NCBI GenBank assembly: GCA_043800255.1
Contig: JAZDNF010000009.1
Location: 224,001-288,000 of the forward strand
DNA length: 64,000 bases
Source: Candidatus Altiarchaeota archaeon
GTDB taxonomy: Archaea; Altiarchaeota; Altiarchaeia; IMC4; SCGC-AAA252-I15
Direction of reading: 5' to 3'
Numbering within the stretch: the stretch's first letter is position 1; every line of letters starts with the position of its first letter. The translations under genes and the position numbers were made by a program. Of this stretch, positions 1 to 9,368 are shown in pieces. The notes below the pieces were generated by a model. The model was given only the letters and a program-made list of their open reading frames with translations. It searched no databases and was not told the DNA's origin.

Positions 1-268
1 TCAAATCCGAAATCTTGTCCTGGCTGAGCCCAATGTCAGGCCTTGGCAACCCTGCCAGATAGTAGACTCTGTCCAGTATCACAGGAGCCTCGGAACCGTA
101 CTGCTTGTAGACGTCATCCTCCGGCAGGAACACGGGATTCTCGACCTCATCGAAGCCCAGGCCGACGAAGACCTCCCTCACCTTCTGCACAAGGTCGTGT
201 ATAGGGTGAGTGCTGCCCTTAGAGCCATTAACCTTCTCCCGGCCTCCGGAAACGCTCTTTGCAGCCAT
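1..268 (-). CDS. sepS: O-phosphoseryl-tRNA(Cys) synthetase SepRS, 5' part (runs off window start)
   Basis: Manual translation from ATG at 268: ...KGSTHPIHDLVQKVREVFVGLGFDEVENPVFLPEDDVYKQYGSEAPVILDRVYYLAGLPRPDIGL, matching the SepRS signature HP...GF.E..NP...YKQ.G.EA..LDR..YLAGLPRPD.G. Confidence 0.88.
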   Translation of the reverse strand, partial: MAAKSVSGGREKVNGSKGSTHPIHDLVQKVREVFVGLGFDEVENPVFLPEDDVYKQYGSEAPVILDRVYYLAGLPRPDIGLSQDKISDL

Positions 269-310
269 GACTAATAGTATATAATTTCTGACTCCTTAAA
301 TTAAGTACCC

Positions 311-1525
311 ATGAACGTGGAAAAGCAGAATGACAAGAGGCCGGAGGCTAACATACCGCTGAGGCAGGTAAGCAAGGACAAGAAATTGATAAGGTACATG
401 TCAGCAGATGCTTTTTTCGCGCCGGAGAGCTCCTTCAAAGCCGGGGAATACTGTGTTGACAACTGCGTAATGGTCGCCCCCTACGCCAAAATCAGGGGAG
501 GCATCGTGGATATCGGAGACTACAGCAACATACAGGACCACGTCATCGTCGGCTCGGACAGCACAGAGACTGCTGTGATAGGGAAGAACGTCTCGCTTGC
601 ACATCAGGCCAAGATCCTAGGAACGCACATACACATAGGAGACGGGACGCTCATAGACATGAAGGCCGAACTCGACGAGGCAACGGTCGGCAACAATTGC
701 GTCATAGAGCCGGGGGCGGTTCTCAGGGGAGTATACATCGAGGACGGGATGTACGTGAAAGCCAAGACCAATATTGACGGCGACATGGGTCTCAGAGATG
801 CTATCAGGAAAGGACTGGCAGGGTTCATCAGAGACGAGCCAGACTACCCCTACAAGAACCTGAACGCGCGCGTAGTCCACGTCAACAAGGAACTGGCGAG
901 AGGATACAACAGACTGAAAGAGGAGGGAGCTGACCTCTCGACGCCCGTGCTCCAGAACCCTAAAGTAGGATGGACCACGCACAGGGTGAGCATGCCAGTG
1001 GCGAAGGCGGTCGCTGAACGTGGAGTGAAGATAATAGGGCCTGCCATGCTGGAAGGCGATGTCGAGTTCGGAGAAGGCTCTGTCATCAGGGTTGACGAGG
1101 GAGGGATAGAGGAGGGCACGCCCATATCGATAGGAGACGGGACTGTAACAGGCAGGAACTTTGTGGCTCATGCGCTGGAGACAAGCAAAAAAGGCAATCT
1201 TATCGAGAAGAACACAGTCGAAGTGGGCGGCAGGAGATACTCCATATTCATCGGCGAGGACGTTACAATGAGGGATGACGTCCAAATCCATGGGCCGGCC
1301 GCCGTCTTATACGGATGCGAGTTAGGGCATAACGTCCTCATCTTCAAAGGCTTCCTGGAGGAGGGCGTCAGAGTCGGCAGGGACTCATTGATCATGGCAA
1401 GGGTCGGAAAGAACAGCGTCATAGGTGATGACGTTTTTGTCGGAGTTGATGTCCCCCTCGCCACCAAAATACCTTCAGGAGCCAGGATAAGAACAGTTAA
1501 GGACTTGGAAAAACTCAGAGGCTGA
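311..1525 (+). CDS. Tandem two-domain gamma-class carbonic anhydrase (Cam-like, left-handed beta-helix)
   Basis: Hexapeptide repeats; Cam-like motifs SNIQD, VSLAHQ and VVHVNKELARGY in domain 1; IRVDEG, HALE and QIHGPAAV in domain 2. Confidence 0.82.
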   Translation: MNVEKQNDKRPEANIPLRQVSKDKKLIRYMSADAFFAPESSFKAGEYCVDNCVMVAPYAKIRGGIVDIGDYSNIQDHVIVGSDSTETAVIGKNVSLAHQAKILGTHIHIGDGTLIDMKAELDEATVGNNCVIEPGAVLRGVYIEDGMYVKAKTNIDGDMGLRDAIRKGLAGFIRDEPDYPYKNLNARVVHVNKELARGYNRLKEEGADLSTPVLQNPKVGWTTHRVSMPVAKAVAERGVKIIGPAMLEGDVEFGEGSVIRVDEGGIEEGTPISIGDGTVTGRNFVAHALETSKKGNLIEKNTVEVGGRRYSIFIGEDVTMRDDVQIHGPAAVLYGCELGHNVLIFKGFLEEGVRVGRDSLIMARVGKNSVIGDDVFVGVDVPLATKIPSGARIRTVKDLEKLRG

Positions 1526-2675
1526 GCTTCTTGTCGCACATGGGCGTCAGCGTCCTGACAAGCTCGTCCGCCTCCTTCTTCTCCGTTGCGAGTATGACGC
1601 CTCCCATGTTGTCAAGCCTCATCTTGTTTATCATGAAATGTATGAACTCCTTGACCGATTTGTCGTTGTTGTATATCAGAAGGCTTGACACGGAATCCAG
1701 GAGCACGAACTTCGGCGGCGGCATCCTCACCAGGACCTTGTCGGCGTACATGCCTATCTCCTCCAGGGACGAGGGATTCTCGACGAAGACCGTGTTCCCC
1801 TCCTTGGATGCTGACTTGCCTGCCATGTGGGATATGCAGTCGATGAAGACGATATTGTCAGTGGGGATGCCGTTGTTTTTCATGATCTTCGATATCTGCT
1901 CGAACGGGCTGCTCAGGCTGATGTAGATTCCGTTCTCCTTCCGGTCAACCAGCAGTATCTTGAGCAGCGCAGGTATTACCGTGCTCATATCATCCGACTT
2001 CGAGGACACGAGGACTATGGACTCGTTGGGTAGGCCGCTGAAGCCGGCTGAGACGTTCTCATACATCATCTGAGCCGACTCAGTTACGGTTGCCTCGCCC
2101 TCAACCGGAGCTCCGACAGACTGTTCAGCGCCGGTTTTCGTCATCTCGGTCCTCAAGCTCTCAACCGTCTGGATGAACTTTGTCACATCCGAAGTCAGGG
2201 GAGTGGATATCTTGATGGGGCTCTTGTCCCTGAGGGTTATCTTGAGCACTCCCTTGGTGGACTGTATGAACTTAAGGAGGTTCTGCAAGCCGTAGCCGAC
2301 CACGACCAGGATGGCTAAAAGCACTATCTCGTCAAAGGGCGGGCTGGGAAGCTCAGGCAGGTAGTTTCCTGCGAAATTCTTCAGTATGTCCACGAGGACG
2401 GTCTTGCCTGCAAGAGGCGACAGCGTGTAAAGGTAGCCGGCAATGGCTATGAATATCACCCCCCGTATGAAACGGTTCCAGTTGTAGGGAGTGTAATGTC
2501 CGAGAGAGAATATGTCAGAGTATCTGACCTCCGAGAACGATTTGGGAAACTTTTTCAGGCAGATGAGCCTCTTGTTTGTCGCGGCGATGTCATAGCCGCT
2601 GAATGAGAACTCAGATATGATGCGCTCCCCCTTTGACAGGAAATCGCTCCACTTTCCCTTTGCGTTTCCGTTCAT
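1515..2675 (-). CDS. Membrane protein with C-terminal degenerate KaiC/RecA-like domain
   Basis: Two hydrophobic segments in the N-half; C-half has GIYISL, FIDCIS and VLLDSVSSLLIY RecA-fold motifs but no intact Walker A; directly downstream of the KaiC-like ATPase. Confidence 0.65.
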   Translation of the reverse strand: MNGNAKGKWSDFLSKGERIISEFSFSGYDIAATNKRLICLKKFPKSFSEVRYSDIFSLGHYTPYNWNRFIRGVIFIAIAGYLYTLSPLAGKTVLVDILKNFAGNYLPELPSPPFDEIVLLAILVVVGYGLQNLLKFIQSTKGVLKITLRDKSPIKISTPLTSDVTKFIQTVESLRTEMTKTGAEQSVGAPVEGEATVTESAQMMYENVSAGFSGLPNESIVLVSSKSDDMSTVIPALLKILLVDRKENGIYISLSSPFEQISKIMKNNGIPTDNIVFIDCISHMAGKSASKEGNTVFVENPSSLEEIGMYADKVLVRMPPPKFVLLDSVSSLLIYNNDKSVKEFIHFMINKMRLDNMGGVILATEKKEADELVRTLTPMCDKKLSL

Positions 2676-2681
2676 CTTTAC

Positions 2682-3395
2682 CTATTCCACCCCGGCCTTA
2701 AAGAAAGGTATGAGGTTTATCCCATCAGAGGTTATCTTCATGATGTGCTTGTTCCTCGAATGGTTGAGGCCTCTCATCTTGATGACCTGGAACGACCTTA
2801 TCAGGTCTCCCTTGCGCTCGAACTCCGAGAGGAAGAAGAGGCCGTCGGCGATGAACTCCTCAACCCCGAACACGGAGTACATGAACTTCTGGGGGGGTAT
2901 CTCCGAGATGATGAATATCGTGCAATCCAGGAGGGATAGCCTAATCCCGAGCTCGAAGATGAAGTCCCTTATCTTCTTGTCGTCTTTGATGGCCTGCGCG
3001 ATTGACGTGATAGAGTCCAACACCACCCTCTTCGAGGAGGTCTCCTCTACCATGGAGCATATCATCGTTATTATGCCGTTGACGTTCTGGAGCTCCAGGC
3101 CCTTCAGCCGTGAGTCCTCGTTTATGTCCAGAACCCGTATCTTGTTGGTGTCGACGAACTTCGGCTCATAGAACTTGAAGCCGCTGATGTTCTTGAGGAA
3201 CTTTTCCTTGGACTCTGAAAGCGAGATGTAGAGGCCGTTCTCGTTCTTCTTCGCACCCCTGAACAGGAATTCGGTGCCCAGTATCGTCTTCCCGGTCCCG
3301 CTGCTGCCGGAGATCATGACGATATGGCCGCGAGGGATTCCGCCCCCGAGAATAGCGTCCAGACCCTGTATGCCAGTTTCAACAAAATCAGCCAT
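2682..3395 (-). CDS. KaiC/RAD55-family single-domain ATPase
   Basis: TGIQGLDAILGGG, Walker A GSSGTGKT, VVLDS, KMRG. Confidence 0.9.
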   Translation of the reverse strand: MADFVETGIQGLDAILGGGIPRGHIVMISGSSGTGKTILGTEFLFRGAKKNENGLYISLSESKEKFLKNISGFKFYEPKFVDTNKIRVLDINEDSRLKGLELQNVNGIITMICSMVEETSSKRVVLDSITSIAQAIKDDKKIRDFIFELGIRLSLLDCTIFIISEIPPQKFMYSVFGVEEFIADGLFFLSEFERKGDLIRSFQVIKMRGLNHSRNKHIMKITSDGINLIPFFKAGVE

Positions 3396-3457
3396 GTTAG
3401 AGTACGGTTATACATCTGCTTCTACTTTTAAATATATTCCATAAGAATACTAGTATC

Positions 3458-4180
3458 ATGGAACTGGAATTCGGCGACAGAACTTTCGAGCCTAACACCC
3501 GGACGCTGAATGACATGCTTCCGGTGCTCTTGGACAGGATAAAACTGGGGAAATCGGAGGAAATCCTCTATTATATGTTCACCGACGTCAGCAGGAACGA
3601 GGCCGAGCACAGGAGGATGGTGGAAGCCAGCCTGAAGTATGACATAACCGTAATCCTCCCAAAGAACCTGGGGAGGGAGTACGTAAAGACCCTGGGGCAC
3701 TATCATCCGCAGATCCTAGGCACAGACCTGAGTTACCCTGAACTATATCAGGTGTTAGAAGGCGAAGCCCATTTCATACTACAGAGGCTTGAGAAGGGCA
3801 TAGTAGCCGACGCCGTTGCAGTTAAGGCATTGAGGGGGCAGTGCGTTCTGATTCCTCCGAACTACGGGCACGTCACAGTCAACCCCACAGGCCGCCAGAT
3901 CAGGATAGCTAACTGGGTCTTCAGGGACTTCGCATCGGTCTACAAGGATTACAAGGACAAACACGGCGCAGCCTACTATGAGCTGTCTGACGGAAAGTTC
4001 GTAGAGAACGAATCTTATACCAGACTGCCCAAGCTAAGGTTCTCGGAACCTGTTGACAAGAAGCTCTTAGGGCTGGGGAAGGACGATGACATGTACGTCC
4101 TCGTCGAAGACCTTAGAAGGCTGGAGTTCCTGAAGAAGCCTCAAGACTATGGGGAACTCTTCGAGAAGACGTTGAATTAG
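3458..4180 (+). CDS. Cupin-type archaeal glucose-6-phosphate isomerase
   Basis: YDITVI, KTLGHYH, YPELY and IPPNYGHVTVN cupin metal motifs. Confidence 0.85.
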   Translation: MELEFGDRTFEPNTRTLNDMLPVLLDRIKLGKSEEILYYMFTDVSRNEAEHRRMVEASLKYDITVILPKNLGREYVKTLGHYHPQILGTDLSYPELYQVLEGEAHFILQRLEKGIVADAVAVKALRGQCVLIPPNYGHVTVNPTGRQIRIANWVFRDFASVYKDYKDKHGAAYYELSDGKFVENESYTRLPKLRFSEPVDKKLLGLGKDDDMYVLVEDLRRLEFLKKPQDYGELFEKTLN

Positions 4181-4183
4181 AGA

Positions 4184-5593
4184 TCAGCCTTTGGTCACGC
4201 CCAGCGGCACGACCCTCGCAACCGCCTCAGATATGCCTGAAAGCTCGACGCTTTTCACGACCTCTGTGATGTCCTTATAGGCTTCGGGAACCTCTTCTGC
4301 TAGGACCTTCGGAGATGTCGCCCGTATTATCGTGCCCTTGGACTCCAGCATCCTCCTGATCTGGTCTCCTCTGAAGGAGTGCAGGGCCTTGGCTCTGGAC
4401 ATCACCCTGCCTGCACCGTGGCAGACGCTGCCAAATGTCTCCTTCATCGCCGTCTCGGTGCCGACCAGAACATATGATGCCCTTCCCATGTCGCCTGGCA
4501 CGATGACAGGCTGGCCCACGTCACGGTAGGACTTGGGTATCTCAGGCCTGCCGGCTGGGAAAGCCCGGGTCGCGCCCTTCCTGTGGACGCACACCTTTCC
4601 AAAACCATCATGCTCTTCGAATTTAGCGATATTGTGGCAGACATCGTATACGACGCTGACCTCGCAGCCCTTGAAAATTTTCTCCAGCGTCTCCCTAACC
4701 CACTGCGTTATAACCTGCCTGTTGGCGAATGCGTAATTGACGGCGCAGTACATTGCAGCCACATAATCCTTAGCCTCCTTGGACTTAAGGGGCGCGCAGG
4801 CGAGCTCGGCGTCAGGCAGCCGTATTCCATACTTTCTGGACGCCTCCAGCATGACCTTTATGTAATCGTCTGCCACCTGGTAACCGAGGCCTCTGCTCCC
4901 GCAGTGGACCATAAGCGTTATCTGACCCTCCGAGTCCAGACCGAACTTTTTTGCAACGTCTGGCTTGAGTATCTGGTCCACCCTCTGCACCTCGAGGAAA
5001 TGGTTCCCTGAGCCCAGGGTTCCGAGCTGGGGCTTGCCTCTCTGCCTCGCCCTCATGCTTACTTTGCTTATGTCAGCACCCTGGATGCAGCCGTTCTCCT
5101 CTATGTATTTGAGGTCTTCCTCGAGGCCGTGGCCTTCCTCCACAGCCCACTTCGCCCCGTAAGTGCACGCCCTCTCAAGGACCTTATCCTCCACCCTGAG
5201 CTTCGACTTCGAACCCAAACCGGAGGGGATGTTAGTGAACAGGCTCTCCACAAGCTCCTTCAGCCTGGGCTTGACGTCCTCATAGGTGAGGTTCGTCCTC
5301 AACAGCCTGACGCCGCAGTTGATGTCATAGCCGACTCCGCCGGGGCTTATTATCCCATCCTCAAGGCTGAACGCCGCCACCCCGCCGATTGGAAAACCGT
5401 AGCCGTAGTGGGCGTCGGGCATCGCCATGCTCGCCTCCAGTATGCCAGGCAATCGCCCGACGTTCGCAACCTGTTTGAACACGCCCTCCTCAATCTCGTT
5501 GAAAAGTTTTTCAGTGGCATAGACTCTGCCTGGGACGCTCATCCCCTCCTCCCTGAACTCCCACACGCCGGGCCTGACAGTTTTGGCTTTCAT
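4184..5593 (-). CDS. rtcB: RNA-splicing ligase RtcB
   Basis: MPDAHYGYGFPIGGV, DINCG, GNHFLE, HNIAK, HRKGATRAF, CHGAGR. Confidence 0.97.
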   Translation of the reverse strand: MKAKTVRPGVWEFREEGMSVPGRVYATEKLFNEIEEGVFKQVANVGRLPGILEASMAMPDAHYGYGFPIGGVAAFSLEDGIISPGGVGYDINCGVRLLRTNLTYEDVKPRLKELVESLFTNIPSGLGSKSKLRVEDKVLERACTYGAKWAVEEGHGLEEDLKYIEENGCIQGADISKVSMRARQRGKPQLGTLGSGNHFLEVQRVDQILKPDVAKKFGLDSEGQITLMVHCGSRGLGYQVADDYIKVMLEASRKYGIRLPDAELACAPLKSKEAKDYVAAMYCAVNYAFANRQVITQWVRETLEKIFKGCEVSVVYDVCHNIAKFEEHDGFGKVCVHRKGATRAFPAGRPEIPKSYRDVGQPVIVPGDMGRASYVLVGTETAMKETFGSVCHGAGRVMSRAKALHSFRGDQIRRMLESKGTIIRATSPKVLAEEVPEAYKDITEVVKSVELSGISEAVARVVPLGVTKG

Positions 5594-6521
5594 CTAGTCT
5601 TTCCGCCCATTCTGCCAGGCTTCTCCAGTATGCCTGGCATCGTGGCAGAGTCGGGCCTCCCGGCCTTTTCACCCCAGTCGATTATCTCCTTGGCCGCGGC
5701 TGCAAACCATGAGGAATATTGTATTCTCATTTTGTCGTCTATGAATGTCTCTATCCTGTTGTTCACATTTCCGAGCTGTTTCTCGGTCAGTTCACCGGGA
5801 TCAAAGCCATTTTTTTCATGTTGCGCATATATCTCAAAAACTCAGACGCATGCTCATGAAAATTTTTACCATCAAAACCCTCTCTCTTAAAATTCCAACG
5901 GTAGTATACTGTTTTCTCAAGCTTTTCCTGCGAAGATTCAACTTGCATGTAGCTTTCTGGCATTCTCATTTCGTCGATTTTACAGGGCATTCCAAGCGCC
6001 TGCCTATCAGCCAGCATATGGACGACCTCTCCAGGCCTGTACAGCGGATTATTTCCTTGGGCATACTTCTCGTTTGTTGATATCAGAATCCGCATTCTAG
6101 TCTCCCTCTCCAACTTATCTCTTACAGACTCCGTTCCTCCGCCCAGATCCCTGTCTCTCGGTACCTGTTTGGCTAACAGGAGCTGGATATCGCCTCCAGC
6201 TTCTTTGAATTCAGACAACACTTTGAGTGCGCCAACGTATGCACGCCCTTTCATCAGCTCTTCCAGTGCTTTTTCTACCAGCTCCCTATCGCCTTCTTCT
6301 ATTCGTGGATTCATGCCAAGAACTTTCATGCTCAAAAGAGTTGGCACAAAGAAGCCGGATACGACTGCAATAGGCTCAATATGCCCTGTCACATTCCCCC
6401 GGGATTTATCATTAGCATCGACCAACCAGCTCTCTCTGTCGCGCAGCGTTTTCAGATTCCTCTCGAATCTCTGCCGCTCGGTCTCCTTTGGGACTGGCTT
6501 CCGTTCTTTCTCGATGTTCAT
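5590..6521 (-). CDS. Orphan protein, probably interrupted by a frameshift at an A7 run (annotated ORF 5787-6521; -1 frame continues to 5590)
   Basis: 244-aa ORF; the -1 frame after ATGAAAAAAATGG stays open for 73 codons and ends in a TGA overlapping the rtcB ATG. Confidence 0.55.
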
Positions 6522-6560
6522 CTCAGGTATATATTCTTTCCATGCCGTGATTATTATATC

Positions 6561-7298
6561 ATGGCAAGGGACGCGTTAAAGGTGAGGCCCAGAGCAGCCG
6601 CCCAGGTTAAGGAGGATATGAACCCAGGAGCCAGGCTGAGCAGCATAGCGCCGCTCAAAGTCGGCGAAATCCCCAGGATAGAGGAGGACAGGAGGATGAC
6701 GCTGCTGCATGAGGCAGCTCTCCTGGAGAACCAGCTGAGGGATGAACTGGATAGGACGGGGATGAGACCTGATGAGAAGATAAAACTGCTGGAGGGGATG
6801 ACAGAGCTCACCCTCAGGAAAGCGGGAGTAGACCTCAAACAGGGCCAGCCTAACGACGAGAAGACCATCAGCCAGATAAGGGAGGACGTCTTCCAGAACG
6901 CTGCTGAAGTCTACAGGTCAGCCGATGAACTGTACAGTCCAGTGCTTGAGCGCATCAGGGAGATGGATGAGCTAACCGCAGAAAACATTTCCAGGATATT
7001 ATACACTGAACGCCTGAGAAGGCATGAGATGATCGAGGAAAAGAAGGCTGATGATAAGGCAGGCGGCGAAAGAATCAGGGAGGCAAGAGACGACACCATA
7101 GCTGATGAGATGATAGACTCAACCTTGAACATAGTCTCAGAAGGCCTTGATGGATTGAATCCTGAAGCGAGGGATTTCGCAAGAAGGGAAACGAATAAGA
7201 GGGTGAAGGAGTCACGGCAGAAGGGTGACAGGGTAACGCCTGAGACCATCTACGGCCTCTGGAGAACGATAGCAGCTGAGGCGAAAAAGGCTGCCTGA
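6561..7298 (+). CDS. Hypothetical helical, charged protein
   Basis: Likely start MARDALKV at 6561, because the longer ORF overlaps the divergent gene; 5 bp gap to the next gene. Confidence 0.6.
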   Translation: MARDALKVRPRAAAQVKEDMNPGARLSSIAPLKVGEIPRIEEDRRMTLLHEAALLENQLRDELDRTGMRPDEKIKLLEGMTELTLRKAGVDLKQGQPNDEKTISQIREDVFQNAAEVYRSADELYSPVLERIREMDELTAENISRILYTERLRRHEMIEEKKADDKAGGERIREARDDTIADEMIDSTLNIVSEGLDGLNPEARDFARRETNKRVKESRQKGDRVTPETIYGLWRTIAAEAKKAA

Positions 7299-7303
7299 AC
7301 GAG

Positions 7304-8776
7304 ATGAACATACTGAAGAGAGCGCCCAAGGCTGACGTTGAACCGCTGGAAGACGTCAAAGCCCCGAACGGCCTCAGATTGCCCGAGCTTCTGCGCAGAA
7401 GGCTGAAAGAGCTTGAAGACGAACCTGGAGAGGGGGACACGCTCCTCGATATCGTATCACAGTCCAAAAGGGAGGGTGAGATTAACAGCAGGCGCGACCT
7501 GCTGAAAAAAGAATTCAGAGGCCTGGGCCTCAGCGAGAGAGAAGCATTCGACCTGTCGATAACATCGCTGAAAATCAGCCTGCTGATGGAGAGGCTAGGA
7601 TTAAGGCGTCTCGATTTCATGAAGCTGACAAAGGAGGAGCTCGACATTTTGGAGAAGAATCCGGGCCAGGGGGATAGACTGCTGAAAGACGCTCTGAAGT
7701 CCGATAGAAAAGCCGAAGTGTCAGGCAGGCGGGAGAGGATAGAACACAATCTCATGTCGCTGGGTTTCAGCCCCAGGGAAGCACCAACCCTGGCTGAGAG
7801 GAACGTCAAGATAAGCCTCATAATGGAAAAGAATCTGGGAGAACTGGAGAAGGCATCAGGCAGGGACGGGGAGGAGATGCTCGACAAGCTGCCGAAGAGC
7901 TCGGTTAATCGCATGGAGGAACGCAGGGACGGGATAAAGGCGTCACTGTCCCTTCTGGGATTTGACAGGCAGACCATCATGGACCTGTCGTTCACCACCA
8001 TGAAGACCGAACTGCTCACAGAGTACATGGAACTGAAACACGAGCAGAGGAGGAAGCTGCTGGGTTACGCCGCAACAGGAGCTGTCGCAGGCGTTGGGGC
8101 CCTCCTCTTTTCGAAGTATATGCGAGAGGAAGAATCAGAGCCTGCTAAACCGACTAAGATGGAAGCCAAGGAAACGTCTGAGCCAAAGGTCAAACCTTAC
8201 TGGGGCCAGACCAAGTACACTGAAGAGGAAGTTTGGAGCGGCTTCGAAAAAGAGCGGGAATTCATCGAAACATTCTGCAGGAAGAATCAAGTCAACCCGG
8301 TCTCGCTGATGAAATACGCTAAGGATTTTAAAGTTGACCCGCTCCTGGTGCTGGCGACTATGAGAACGGAATCGAACTTCAAACCTGATGCGATATCAAA
8401 GGCGGGGGCCAGGGGTATCATGCAGGTCATGGACGCTACAGCAAAGGAGTGGTGGACGAAACACGGCTACAATGTCGAAGAACTTGACCCGCACAATCAG
8501 GACCACTGCATGCGCATCGGCGCCGGAACACTGAGCTGGGCTCTCCAGGACATAAGATGGATAGAAGAGCTGCCTGACGAGCGCGAGAGACTGAGGTTTG
8601 CGCTTGCAGTGTACAACGCAGGCTATGGTAACGTCAGAGAGGCCGTCAATAATGCGGGAGGCAGAGTAGATTATGCTGCTGCACATAGGTACTTCCCAAA
8701 GCAGGAGACAAAAGACTACGTCCCAAAGGTGCTTGGATTCTACGACAGATACAGAAGAGAGGCTGGAATGGCTTAG
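7304..8776 (+). CDS. Membrane-anchored lytic transglycosylase (SLT family) with N-terminal helical repeats
   Basis: VDPLLVLATMRTESNF (catalytic Glu), GARGIMQVM, AVYNAG, ETKDYVPKV; TM segment after QRRKLLG. Confidence 0.88.
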   Translation: MNILKRAPKADVEPLEDVKAPNGLRLPELLRRRLKELEDEPGEGDTLLDIVSQSKREGEINSRRDLLKKEFRGLGLSEREAFDLSITSLKISLLMERLGLRRLDFMKLTKEELDILEKNPGQGDRLLKDALKSDRKAEVSGRRERIEHNLMSLGFSPREAPTLAERNVKISLIMEKNLGELEKASGRDGEEMLDKLPKSSVNRMEERRDGIKASLSLLGFDRQTIMDLSFTTMKTELLTEYMELKHEQRRKLLGYAATGAVAGVGALLFSKYMREEESEPAKPTKMEAKETSEPKVKPYWGQTKYTEEEVWSGFEKEREFIETFCRKNQVNPVSLMKYAKDFKVDPLLVLATMRTESNFKPDAISKAGARGIMQVMDATAKEWWTKHGYNVEELDPHNQDHCMRIGAGTLSWALQDIRWIEELPDERERLRFALAVYNAGYGNVREAVNNAGGRVDYAAAHRYFPKQETKDYVPKVLGFYDRYRREAGMA

Positions 8777-9357
8777 CGGACGTCCGCCCGCATGTTCTTC
8801 TCAAGCTTCTTCAGTTTCGCATTCCCTTTCTCGAACTTGCTGTTTGCGGTTTTCAGAAGAAACCGTAGATAGCCTTCAGGCGCCAGCATGGAACCGTCAA
8901 CCATAACAGGCGCCTGGATTTTCTCTGTGGAACATATCTCGACCATAAACCGCCCCTCCTTCAGGCTTTGAACCCCGACCCTCTTGAAACCAGATTGCTT
9001 CCCAATCTTTAGGAGCAGACGCGCGCCATCCAACGTCCTGCAGACAACGTGGATGACAGCAGGCTCGTATATGAACCATACAACGCCTTTCTCTGACTTC
9101 AGCGCGCTCCTGACTTCTCCAACTTTCACCTTCCTGTGCCACTTCCCCAGCAGCCTGTCCTTCTCCTTAGAGCCAGCATCCTCCAACAGGGTTATCCTGC
9201 CCGCACAGCTTGAGGTGGTATAGAAGTCGTCAAGCGCGTTCACGTAATCCAGGAGGGGAATCAGAGCCTTGTCCACGTCCCCCTCGTGGAGCGCTGCCTT
9301 GTACTCTGACAGCGCATGCTCCTTCTGCATGAGAAAGCTTCTGCTATTTTTATCCAC
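8773..9357 (-). CDS. taw3: tRNA wybutosine-pathway methyltransferase Taw3/Tyw3
   Basis: FYTTSSCAGRI, KWH, IHVVC, SGFK motifs. Confidence 0.9.
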   Translation of the reverse strand: MDKNSRSFLMQKEHALSEYKAALHEGDVDKALIPLLDYVNALDDFYTTSSCAGRITLLEDAGSKEKDRLLGKWHRKVKVGEVRSALKSEKGVVWFIYEPAVIHVVCRTLDGARLLLKIGKQSGFKRVGVQSLKEGRFMVEICSTEKIQAPVMVDGSMLAPEGYLRFLLKTANSKFEKGNAKLKKLEKNMRADVR

Positions 9358-9368
9358 GATATCATATT

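Noticed and set aside
1-268. PheRS alpha subunit
   Set aside because: YKQYG.EA...LDR.YYLAGLPRPD is diagnostic of SepRS, not PheS
7075-8028. Long antisense ORFs (also 25122-26033, 61774-62622 and 5129-5890)
   Set aside because: Ser/Leu-rich mirror frames of genuine genes on the opposite strand
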